A DNA stretch of 64,000 nt from Psilocybe cubensis (taxonomy: Eukaryota): positions 2,108,001 through 2,172,000 of the forward strand of contig CM039004.1 in the NCBI GenBank assembly GCA_017499595.2, written 5' to 3'. Made by a program: the position numbers and the translations under genes. Shown here in pieces: positions 12,548 to 23,668 of the stretch (position 1 is its first letter; each line of letters starts with the position of its first letter). Under the pieces are notes generated by a model. That model did no database searches and was not told where the DNA came from. It worked only from the letters and a program-made list of their open reading frames with translations.

Positions 12548-12929
12548 CACATAGGGCAGTTTATTTTTAATGTACATTACCTAAGATTTAATATCTAGAA
12601 GATTGCGTAAAACACGGTCTATTTTTGCTTACTAGCAATCTAGGAGATTGATGTGATGTGCATATCGTTTAGACTAGAAAATCATAGCATGGAATACGAG
12701 CCATTTAGCCTAAATGGCCCTGCCACCTATCTAGCTTGGCAAAAGAACATTCCGTGAGCCTGGCAACACGGACAAATACTGTTCCGTGTTTTTGATTATT
12801 TTTGAATGCATGAAAGACCAATGACTTTGATGCATAATACTAATATTTGACATATGTATATTCAATGTTTATAATGTTTTGTTACTCAGTGAGAGACCAA
12901 ATATTGATAGCTTGATTATACTTCGGCGG

Positions 12930-13810
12930 AAAGATGTGTTCCGTGTCAAAAACATGGAGGAAACTGGTGTTCCGTGTCAAGTATGTTCTATATCAAGAAA
13001 ATCCTGTCAAAAACGCGGTGGAAAGTGTTATTCTGTCTCAGATGCATTCATGGTGGAACCAGAATGTTCCATGTCAAAAACACGGAGGAAGATGGTGTTC
13101 TGTGTCAAAAATGCGAAGCAGGGGGTGTTCCGTGTCAAGCAAGTAGAAACTGGTGTTCCATGTCAAGTATGTTCAAAAAAACCCTGTCAAAACGCAGTGA
13201 AAAGTGTTATTCTGTCTCAGATGCATTCATGATGGAACCAGAATATTCCATGTCAAAAACACGGAGGAAGATGGTGTTTTGTGTCAAGAACTTAGTGGAA
13301 ACTGGTGTTCTATGTCAAGTATGTTCTATGTCAAAAAAACCATATTAAAAACACAGTGGAAAGTGTTATTCTATGTCAGATGCATTTATGGTGAAACCAG
13401 GATGTTCCATGTCAAAAACACGGAAGAAACTAGTGTTCCATGTCAAGAACTTAGTAGAAACTAGTGTTCCATGTTAAGTAAGTTTTATGCCAAAAAAACC
13501 ATATCAAAAATGTGGTGGAAAGTGTTATTCCATGTCAGATGCATCCATGGTGGAACTAGGATATTCTATATCAAAAACACGGAGGAAAGTGGTGTTCCAT
13601 GTCAAAAACTTGAAGCACAGGTGTTCCGTGTCAAAAACGCGGAGCACAAGTATTCCGTGTCAAAAACATGGTAGAAGAAAATATTCCATCTTAACAACTT
13701 GATGGAAAGAGATGTTCTATTTCAAGGATGTTCCATGTCAAAAATGCAATGGAAAGAGGTGTTCCATGTCAAGTGCATTCATGAGGGAAAAGAATATTCC
13801 ATGTCAACTG
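12930..13810 (+). repeat. Tandem array of GTGTTCC(G/A)TGTCAA motifs with ~160-bp higher-order unit (left arm)
   Basis: aaactggtgttcc.tgtcaagtatgttc recurs at ~12961, 13147, 13299, 13458. Confidence 0.9.
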
Positions 13811-15639
13811 CATCCACTAAAAAGAAAATATTTTTGTATCAATGCTTTACTGATCAGATAACCTCAAGTGCAACTGGGTCATATTAGGCACCCATTATTC
13901 CAAGTTTTAAAGCCAATAACTGATGTGAAATTTCTATCATGGGTGGTACTATTCTCCATCTTTTTCTGACACTGCATCTTTTATTATCTGTCAAGATAGA
14001 GTTTTAGCCATCTATTATCTATGTTTATTTGCTTTTCAAAGTGCCTACTATCAAATACATGGTATTATAGCTGTCCTGGAAAATGAGAACATCCTGATTT
14101 AAGGTGGCCATGATAAGAAATGTTGAGTATTGATGATTAGATCATATCTTTACAAACACCTTACAATAATCTATCTTCTTGACAGCTATATATACATTAA
14201 TACATTTTCTAAACATGTTTGTCAATAAGTGTAAAATTACATACATTATGGGAGATGGTGCAAGGTGAATAACATTGTCTATCAAATATGCAGTATTATT
14301 CCATTTACCATATGTAAATGACTATAATCAATATATATAAAAGCAGATTCGTGTAGCCCCAAATTCTAGCTCTTCAGAATATAGAGGATATTGTGCATCG
14401 GACCAGTGGTTGCTGAGATATGCAAAGAAAGATGTTGAACAATCCATTTGAGACCCGGATGGATATTGGTCTTTATTTATACTTTGTTTGTGGTCACCAC
14501 TTTGACATTTTTCTGAAATACATTTTGACATATCTCAGTCCAGACACTTTGGAATCTCATGATCCTTTTAACTTTCTATAGGTATTTTCTAGAGCTACAG
14601 GTCTGTACTACTCATTTATTTTATAACTAATGTCTTTGCTTGTATATATCACATTTTGTCTATTTTTGAAATATATTTAATATTCTTCATCTACCATCTT
14701 AAGGGTTGGTTTAAAGGCCTACATGTATTACTGTAACATGTAAGGGACATTGATAGCTACTTATAAATGTCCATTTTGTGGAATATAGACTAGTTTAAAG
14801 GAAGCTATGCTTGTATTATGTACACCACACAACTTCTTTGTTGTAGCTTCTTACCCAAGCTATTTCTTTGTATATAATATATTCCTAGATACTGTTCTGT
14901 GTTAATAACATACTGTAAAGTAGCTCTAAGATGTTATTTCAGAGCTCAAGACTTTTTCTGCTCCATCAGAGAATATACAGTATTTACAAGAGGTGGGGAG
15001 TACTACTCTTCATACTAAGAATTTAATCATGATTCTGGGTTCTAAAAGCTCTTATAAAAATGCCTATTATTTCCCAGTTGGGCTTCAAATTATCTGATTA
15101 TTAAGGCATTGATACAGGGAGAAGAGGAGGGGTAGAATACACATTATGGTTCAATCAATTCAAATGCTCTATTTGAGCTCAAACTTGGCATACAACCTAT
15201 TTAACCTAATTAGAAAATAATGAAATAGTTCAAAAGGTCCAGGCTACCCCCTTAATAATGCTACTAAAGGAAAGCATGTTAATCAAATATTGTACAGTTT
15301 ATTACACAGAAATATGTTGATATATTATAAGTTCATTTTCATATTCTGATTGAGCTACAGTAGAAGTATAGAATTACCAAAAAACCCAAAGACAAACACC
15401 ACATTGGTGCTCCAAAAAGCACACAATGGGTTTCTAGCAATGCATAAAAGTATCAAAGGATGAGCACTATTAATAGATTCAGGAAGCAAGCTTGATGACA
15501 CAACGGAAAACCCTTATTTGTTATATTTTTAGACAACACCACAAAGCCAAACAAATACCAATATATTACTTCAATAAAGAGACATATTACACCAAGGTAT
15601 ATTTTGATATAGATATACTTTCTACCATGTATGCTGTTT

Positions 15640-16110
15640 TGACATAAATGCACTTTTCATTATGAATGCACTTTACGCAGAAAATTGTCTTTTTAAACAC
15701 CAGTTTCCACTAAGTTCTTGACATGGAACACCCCCTACTCCGCGTTTTTGACATGGAACACCATCTTCCTCCATGTTTTTGACATGGAACATTCTGGTTC
15801 CACCATGAATGCATCTGAGATAGAATAACACTTTTCACCATATTTTGACAGGGTTTTTTTGACATAGAACATACTTAACACAGAATACCAGTTTCCACTA
15901 AGTTCTTGACACGGAACACCACTTTCCTCCGTGTTTTTGACATGGAACATTCTTGTCCTATCATAAATGCATCTGAGACAAAATAACACTTTCCACCGCG
16001 TTTTTGACAGGGTTTTCTTGATATATAACATACTTGACATGGAACACCAGTTTCCTCCATGTTTTTGACACGGAACACATCTTTCCTTCGTGTTTTTGAC
16101 ACAGAACACA
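15640..16110 (-). repeat. Inverted copy of the same tandem array (right arm)
   Basis: Repeated ttgaca(c/t)ggaacac motifs. Confidence 0.9.
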
Positions 16111-16504
16111 TCTTTCCGCCAAAGTATAATCAAGCTGTCAATATTTGGTCTCTCACTGAGTAACAAAACATTATAAACATTGAATATACATATGTAAGAT
16201 ATTGGTATTATGCATCAAAGTCATTGGTCTTTCATGCATTCAAAAATAATCAAAAACACGGAACAGTATTTGTCCGTGTTGCCAGGCTCACGGAATGTTC
16301 TTTTTCCAAGCTAGATAGGTGGCAGGGCCATTTATGCTAAATGGCCCATGTTCCACGCTATAATTTTCTAGTCTAAATGACACGTACATCACGTCAATCT
16401 CCTAGATTGCTAGTAAGCAAAAATAGACTGTGTTTCACGCAATCTCCTAGATATTAAATCTTAGGTAATGTACGTTAAAAATAAACTGTCTTATGTGAAT
16501 AGAG

Positions 16505-18778
16505 TTTCTTTCGGAGTTTTGTGTCTTGAGGTATCAAGAGCCGCTGTCCAAAATAAATCAGCCCATCTTCCTTGCAAGCCCCAGTCAAGCTGCCCTTTTG
16601 GATACCATCTCATACTTGCTTTGCAAATGCATCCATCTCGTATCCATCCTTGATTGACTGCACAAACTGTCTGTCAATGGAAATAGACATAACCGCTCCT
16701 ATGGTCTCTTGATGAATCTTCTTTGGTTCTGTGTGACGGGGATTTTTTGTATACGCTAATGCGCAGGCAGCAAACCTTGGATTTGGTTCTTCTTCAGGCA
16801 TCCATGAGAGGGCGTCCGCTGCAGAGTTTTCCTCTCCACAGATGTAATGAATTTCAAAATCAAAATTGGCCATATACATTGACCATTGCATCTATCAGCA
16901 GGACATTTCCTTTTGAGCTTGGAAATATTCTAGTATTTGGTGGTCTGTATAGATGTCAAATTTGACTCCTAACAGACTGCTACGCCATTTTTTAAGGGCC
17001 TTCACAATTACCAATAGTTCTTTTTCATGCGTCGGATAATTCTTCTCTGCATCTTTTAATTGATATGAATCATAGGCCACCGGTCGTGCTGTTTCCCAAC
17101 TTGTACCAAAACTCAACACAGCACCTGTCCTACAATTGCTTGCATTAGTTGTGACATAGATCTTGCCATCAAGGTCATCATAATTGATAACTGTTAGGCA
17201 TTCAGTCCCTGTCACTAGTGCCTTGAGTTTGTTAAAGGCTTGTTCATGGCTGTCCGTCCAATTAGGAAATTCTCGATCACATTCCTTACTTGTCAAGGGT
17301 GTCAAGATGCTTGTGTGTTTTGCAAGTCCCGGAAAAAAGGCTGCCAGGTATTGGGTAAGTCTTAGAAATCCCCGTACATTTGTAGCATTTGTTGGACGTG
17401 GCCAGTTCTTGACATGGTCTGTCTTCATGGAGTTGGCTTCTATTCCTCTTTCTGAGATGACATGTCCAAGCAAGTTGATCTCGGTCACAAAGAAAATAGA
17501 CTTCTTTGCGTTACAGTATAATCCAGCTTTTCTGAGTGCAAGCAAGACTTTTTCTACCCAATCTTCCAGTTCCATAAGGGTGTTTGCCCAGATAACAATG
17601 TTGTCAAGATATACATGGCAAATAGCTGCAATAAGTTCTCTCAAGGCATCTGTCATTTGTCGCTGATGAGTTGCTGATGCATTTTTTCCTCCCATTGGCA
17701 TCACAACCCATTCATACAGACCCCAAGGTGTGCATACAGCAATGAGGTGAATGTCATCAGGATGAACTTGTGTTTGGAAAAAGCTATTTGTCATGTCTAA
17801 CTTTGCAAAGAATTTTACCTTTCCGCAGTCTGCCAGTATGTTGTCCACACGTGGTAATGGAAATTTATCTGCCACTGTGTTTTTATTAATCTCTCGGTAG
17901 TCATTAACCCAACGAGGGGGTACTGTGAGATCTGGCACTCTATTTTTGTATTTGGGGATGCAGAAGGCTAGAGATGCATATTCCAAGGATGACTGTCTTA
18001 TCCATCCTGCAGCTAGATGCTCATTAAGCAATTTCTTCCATGCGTCGTGATATTTCTTTGGCGCTGAATACCCTCGACCTGCATGTACTTTGGTGGGATC
18101 AACCAGTCGTATTCGATAATAAATATGATCTGGAACGTTGACATTATCAGGAAGTCGATCAGGGAATTGGTCACAGTATTTCTCTTTCATTGCTTGGTCC
18201 ATACGCTGCAGCTTCTCCTGGAATTGAATATTATTAATTTGCAACTATATTGTGGCTACCAGCTGCTTGGCTGCTTCTAGACCAACATTGGATTGCAATC
18301 TCTGCTCTTTTTCAATAGCAGATTGTCTCAACGCCTCTTGACTGACATCCACTCTGCTCAATACCTTCCTTGTGGTGGTTGGTTGGTTCTTAGTCTGGTG
18401 CCCCTCATTATTCTGTTTGGGATTCATAAGATCATATCCCGTCCTCTTATTAATTGCTGTTTGCTCCTGAGCATTAATGATAATATTTTCTAGGGATAAA
18501 AATGACAGTCCAAGTAAAAGTGGTATAGACAGCCAAGGGTGTATCTTTGCCCTATGCTTTTGTGATTTCCAACTCCCGTTTCCTGATGAAACCCTAATCT
18601 TCGCATACTCCCGGCACTCTAATGGTGTGCTGTCAATTGAGGAGAGGTTGTCTTCTGCTGGGGATAGTAGATAGTGGCGGAGGCCAAGTTGGTTTACAAG
18701 TGCTTTGCTAATCACTGTGGAAGAGGATCCCGTGTCAAGCATGGGTCATATACGGTAGGAAAAATCCACGACTGCCAG
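16505..18778 (-). pseudogene. Gypsy B protease, reverse transcriptase and RNase H
   Basis: MLDTGS protease motif; VNDYREIN, FAKLDMTNSFFQ, VMPMG, YLDNI (decayed YLDD); NYPTHEKELL, YTDH. Confidence 0.95.
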
Positions 18779-19011
18779 TGAAGATTGAAGTTCGTGATTG
18801 GTTATAAACTATATGTAATCCAACAAACACAAACCCCAGGGAAAGAGTGGTCCAGACTGGATAGGACAAAACCTTCTCCTAAGTTTCTTAAGGGAGGACG
18901 CTGCCTAGAATTTAAGTAGATTAGGATGGTGTGGATTGTGAAGGGTAACAAAAGCGAAATGGTAAGAAGAGGATAACCGGGTCGTCTGGGTACAATGGTA
19001 AATAAGCCTTC

Positions 19012-20634
19012 CAAACACAGACGGATCCAGCCACGATCAGGGAACCGGCGGGGCCGCAGTATTGTTCAGAACATATCAAGACAGACACGGGAAAGTTCTG
19101 CGTAAGTACCTGGTAACCAACGAGGACCACAACACCTACGAGGCGGAGGCTGTAGGAGGCCTGCTGGCCTCCAAGCTCATCGAGAACGAGGAGACGACAC
19201 ATCGAGACATGATCGATGTTTTCAGCGACAACCAGTTGCTGTTACAGAATTTAAGACAACCCAAAGCTAAGTCAGGACAAAGTATAATGATGGACATTGA
19301 CGCAGCTTTTCGCTCCTTGCAGGGAAATATTACACTGCACTGGATATCTGGTCACTCTGACGTACTGGGGAATGAGCGAGCGGACGAGGAAGCAAAACGA
19401 GCGGCGGAAGGGGACTTTTCCCCCGATGACTAACTACCCACCCCCCTGAAATCCACGTTGAAGCGTAGCACGTCTGCCAAAAAACAAGTGTATCAGGAGG
19501 AACTGATGACTATCTGGAAGGACCGATGGAACTTGTCGAAAAGAAAACAAACATTTGCATCGATAGACACCGAATTCCCTTTCATCAGATATAGAAGAGC
19601 CATCAAAAAACTCAACAGGACCCAGGCCAGTGTGCTGATACAGCTGCGGACATGACACATCCCACTAAACAGCCACCTCAGCAAGTTCACCGAAAACCAG
19701 ACGGAATTTTGCCCAAAATGCTACAAAAGGAGAGGCGGGCGGAAGGCAGTGGAGACGGTCGAGCATTTCATTTTCAAATGCAAAAGATACAAGAGACAAC
19801 GACGGGAGCTCTGGAAAGAACTAGGCAAACAGCACTAGCTCCAGTCTGGGCCTTGATAGAGGCATAGGAGTGACTAGAAGTAAGAAGAGAGACAATAGTA
19901 GCAATGGTTGCTTTAGAAAGGGGTTTCATGCTTGATTGGGGGGATAAAGAGGTTGGTTGTAGCTATTATATACCTATTCAACATGTAGTCACATGATTTT
20001 ATTGATAGTTGTTTGGTATATCAACAAAGTCATGTGATAATACATAGTTTATAGCATTTAAATTACTAGCAAAAAAACTGTTTGAATGACTTAGCAAATT
20101 GTGTATGCTGCTGTTTGGTCAATTCTTGGACAAATCACATGATCAGTATGTCATCCTTTAGCTAACACCATATAGTATATCTGTGAATAATCTCATATTT
20201 TTAACATTTTTAATTTCAAAGTTATAAATTAATTTTTTCATGCGTGACCAACACTCGAATAGTTTTTTTGCCTACTGTACATCGCAATGACTAAATGACT
20301 AAAACCATATAAGGAGGACCTACTACAAAAAGGGATGGAAGAAGACAAGGAAAGCAGAAATTAGAGAAGAAGGCTCAAGAACAAACACAAACAAGTCAAT
20401 GCAAGATCCAAGATAGAGAGCGAAAGAGCCTATAAGGCCGGAGGTGCTACTTCAAACAGTCTAGGACAACTGGACTAGGTGGGGGGACGTGAGGGCCCTC
20501 CATAGGGCAGAAGTAGGCCGTTGAAAGCCACCCACACTAAAGGAGCATAGTAGGTAGTTAAGTAGAACCAAGCCAAGGGAGGGGTTCCCCCCTTAGAGGC
20601 TCTAACACAAAACAAAAAAAAAAAAAAAAAAAAA
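19012..20634 (+). mobile_element. 5'-truncated LINE (Tad1-like; RNase H plus C-terminal zinc finger, poly(A))
   Basis: TDGS, YEAEAVG, FSDNQ, LHWISGHSDVLGNERADEEAK; CPKC...ETVEHFIFKC; poly(A) 20613-20634; TSD AAGCCTTC on both sides. Confidence 0.92.
19831..20277 (-). mobile_element. Inverted half copy of the Tc1 element (left TIR and transposase start) inside the LINE
   Basis: Reverse complement of 10458-10904 with only two differences seen; TA at 20278-20279. Confidence 0.95.
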
Positions 20635-22040
20635 GCCTTCTAAAAATGGGATGGAACCGTGAAATTGGATAGCGGGTGTATATGAAAAGCGTGAAGAAGG
20701 TGCGTAGAATGCGGATGAAAAATCAATAAATGTGAATCTTAGAGGGGTTGTCTGAAGTGAGTGGGGAACATTTTGATGGGAAATAAGGAGATGACTGGGA
20801 GTTAGAACGTCGTTGAAGGGCTGAATCTTGGGGATGGTGAAGATGAAAATGTCCTTAAATTGACAATCTTTCTGAAGCTTGGAATGAAGCTATACGTCGT
20901 GGAAGTATTGACTGAATCAAGGATGAAAGACTAAGTCTGTCTCGAATGAAATAGCTCCAGATGAGTTGACGGAGGAAAAGGATGTCTTGGATATACTCCT
21001 AACGGCGATGGTTGGAAGGTGTAGAAAGAGTAGGAGCGGTGACGGATTGGATGGGGGAGAGGAAGTAGGGAGTACTGGATGTCTGGATAGACGTGGGATG
21101 TTCAACGCTGGGAAGAAGAGGCGTTAGAGGAGAAGGAGGACTGGTCTTGGAAGGAATCCTCTATCAATGGAAAGCGAGATGACTTCGAATGAATGGAAGT
21201 AAACTTGGTCTTGACGGAGGGTGGAACTGATGACTGAATTGGACTTGGGTTTAGGCTTGGCTTGAACTTGAACTTGGAATTGAAATGAATCAATATGGAT
21301 TGACTTGAAATTGACTTGACTTGGATGAAAATTGACTTGCTTTGAAGAAAGTGGGGACTAGGTGTAACTTTCCTATCATTTCGTGTAATTCTACTATAGC
21401 TTTTATACTAAAAGCTACGTGAACAAAATACCAATCTAAGCTACTGAAAACCGAGTCATATATTGTACAAAATGTCAAGAATGAGGCTACGCAAGTGTAA
21501 CAATAAGCAAGAACAATAAAACATGTCAATATTGACACAATGACAGATAAGAAATGAATAGGATGAGTAAAAAAGAAGTGTACGATGAAGGTGAATGGTA
21601 ATACAGATTAGATAAAAGAAGCAAGGATGAGTCAGAAAGCATAGAAGATTGGTAAGACAAAAACAATAAAAGCGCAACAGACAATAGAAAAGATATAAAT
21701 AAACACAAAAGGATGAGTAAGACAAACCAAAAATAAGTTGGAATGAGTAATCCGCAGTCTGATGCTGAGTAAGACCATTGAGTTGATAAAAATAGAGTTG
21801 ACAGTCTGGCTGTGCAAGGCAGTGTAGAAAGCTGTGCAGTTTGATGGTTGACTGATCCGTCGCATAGCCTTGATGATCCGACAGAATGACATGATCCGGA
21901 ATAACGTGGCTCCCATGTGACGAGTGTTGATAAGATAAGATGAGTGGATGACTTATGGAAAGAATGACTGCTTGGGTTAAGGGTGTCGTGTGTAGATCCA
22001 AAATGAACATCTCATCTCCAATCAGGATTGGGATATGATA

Positions 22041-23131
22041 CCAGCCCATCAATTTCCATGATAGGAAAAAGATGAGGTACAGTCATAGACGTGGGAATGT
22101 ACAAGTCTGAGTCAGTTTCTTCATTGTGTATGACATGTGTGGACGATGATGCCAAAATTCTTGCATTGATCTGTCCAACGGGCCTCAGAGACTTCTTGTC
22201 TTTTCCAGCTTCAGTGAATTTATGTTCAGCCTCACGCGCCATCGCTTCAGTCAGTGGTTTGTAATCCACTCCCGATGCCCAGCCATTGGGGCACGAATTG
22301 GAGTGATGATCCACATAGAGATGACAGCATTTGGTACACCCAAAATGCTTGTCAAGAATGGCGTGTTTGGCGGCAGTGATTTTTGGCGGATATATAATCT
22401 TTGGAATATCCAAAGATTGTTGTGCTCTTGCCTTTGATGGCGATGTAACGAGATGTAACGGTAGGTGCATTAGACAGCCGCTCAAGGAGAGATTTTTTCT
22501 CCAATTTGCGAGCCAGGGCACGTTGTGTGTAGCTTGCGTCGATTTAGCATTGAGTCCTTGCATGTTCTTCTTGTAATCGGTCATCTTGGTCCTTGACTTC
22601 CAACAACCATACTGCAAGATTAGTTGCCAGTATGGGCTCAAAACCCAGTGATTCTTGCAGCTCCGGATTAAGGTGCGACTCCAATTGAATCTTGAGTGCA
22701 TCACTTATAAATGCATATTCTTTTGGTGCCATCGTCTTGAGAATTGCATTGAGGTTCTCCATTTCAATCTTCCAGTTGATGAACACTCGATCCCCCTGGT
22801 ACAATATCAGGATCTTCTTGCGCACCTTGTGCACCCATTTCTTCTCCAGCACTAATGCTTGCAACTCCTCCAGGTATTGGTCCAATGTGAATCCATTGAT
22901 GCGTGTCACGTCCGCTTGATACTACGCTAACAAGTGCGATTCCTGTATTCCGTCAGCTACAAAACTGACCACGGTCTTTGCGGTCTTTTCGGCATGCTTC
23001 ATGTATTTTCTGCATGCAACTGTCCACTACTGCATTACCATAGGATTGATTCTGCCCGCGGTGAGGATGGGTACATTCTTCATTTTGTTCTGGACTACCA
23101 AAGCTAGGGGCTACTTGACGTCATTTGGCAT
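22041..23131 (-). pseudogene. Gypsy B gag
   Basis: VPILTAGRINP..., QGDRVFINWKIEMENLNAIL, GCTKCCHLYVDHHSNSCPNG (knuckle-like); upstream of protease. Confidence 0.8.
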
Positions 23132-23180
23132 CTTGATGTTTGTGGGAAAGTGGCTATTGTGTGGTAGGGTCAGATCACAT

Positions 23181-23480
23181 TGTAGAAATCTGAATCTAGT
23201 AAACGGTGGCAATGCCACACTCAGTCTCGTATAATTGGACTCTACTGGTAGAAAGTCTGTACCTAGTAAACGGTGGCAATGCCATACTATGGTACAGTAA
23301 GTAAAGAGACATAAAACTAATCAAGAAAAAGTCTCACCTCAGTCTCGTATAATTGGACTGAGGTGGTAGAAAGCTACTAGCTACTGTACAACCTATATAC
23401 AAATCTACAATATAAAGACTGTTTTGTGTAGTTGAAGAACGGGCGAATAAAGGAGGGGACATGTGCGGTGGAAATCAACA
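23181..23480 (-). repeat. Copia 3' LTR (300 bp)
   Basis: TG...CA ends, adjacent to the PPT. Confidence 0.95.
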
Positions 23481-23668
23481 CTCCTCCTCACCGTACAGTG
23501 TGTGCTTCTCCTCGAATGGAATCATGGTGAATAAAAATTAGAAATATTAAGCTTGCATGTGGATAAAAAAAAAGAAATAAAAGAGAAGAAAATTAATGAG
23601 AAAGAAGAAAAATTTCCGTTATAAGCAAGTAATCAAGAAAGGCCTATTAGAGAATGTAGGCGAAGGAA

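Larger units (their letters stand above)
12548..16497. mobile_element. Foldback-type non-autonomous DNA transposon with very long, internally repetitive TIRs and 7-bp TSD
   Basis: AATAGAG|cacatagggcagtttattttt...aaaaataaactgtcttatgtg|AATAGAG; unique TIR part ~390 bp followed by tandem repeats in both arms; no recognisable transposase. Confidence 0.9.
18779..22040 (-). mobile_element. Probable large solo LTR (~1.6 kb without the nested LINE) inserted at the Gypsy B gag/protease junction
   Basis: CCAG|tgaagattg...ggatatgata|CCAG (4-bp duplication, one end decayed from CA); TATAAAAG on - strand near 21405; removal restores ...MEIDGLAVVDFSYRI*PMLDTG. Confidence 0.6.

Noticed and set aside
12879-13887. 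Overlapping Cys-rich ORFs (also 15735-16166)
   Set aside because: They are translations of the foldback tandem repeats in several frames, not proteins.
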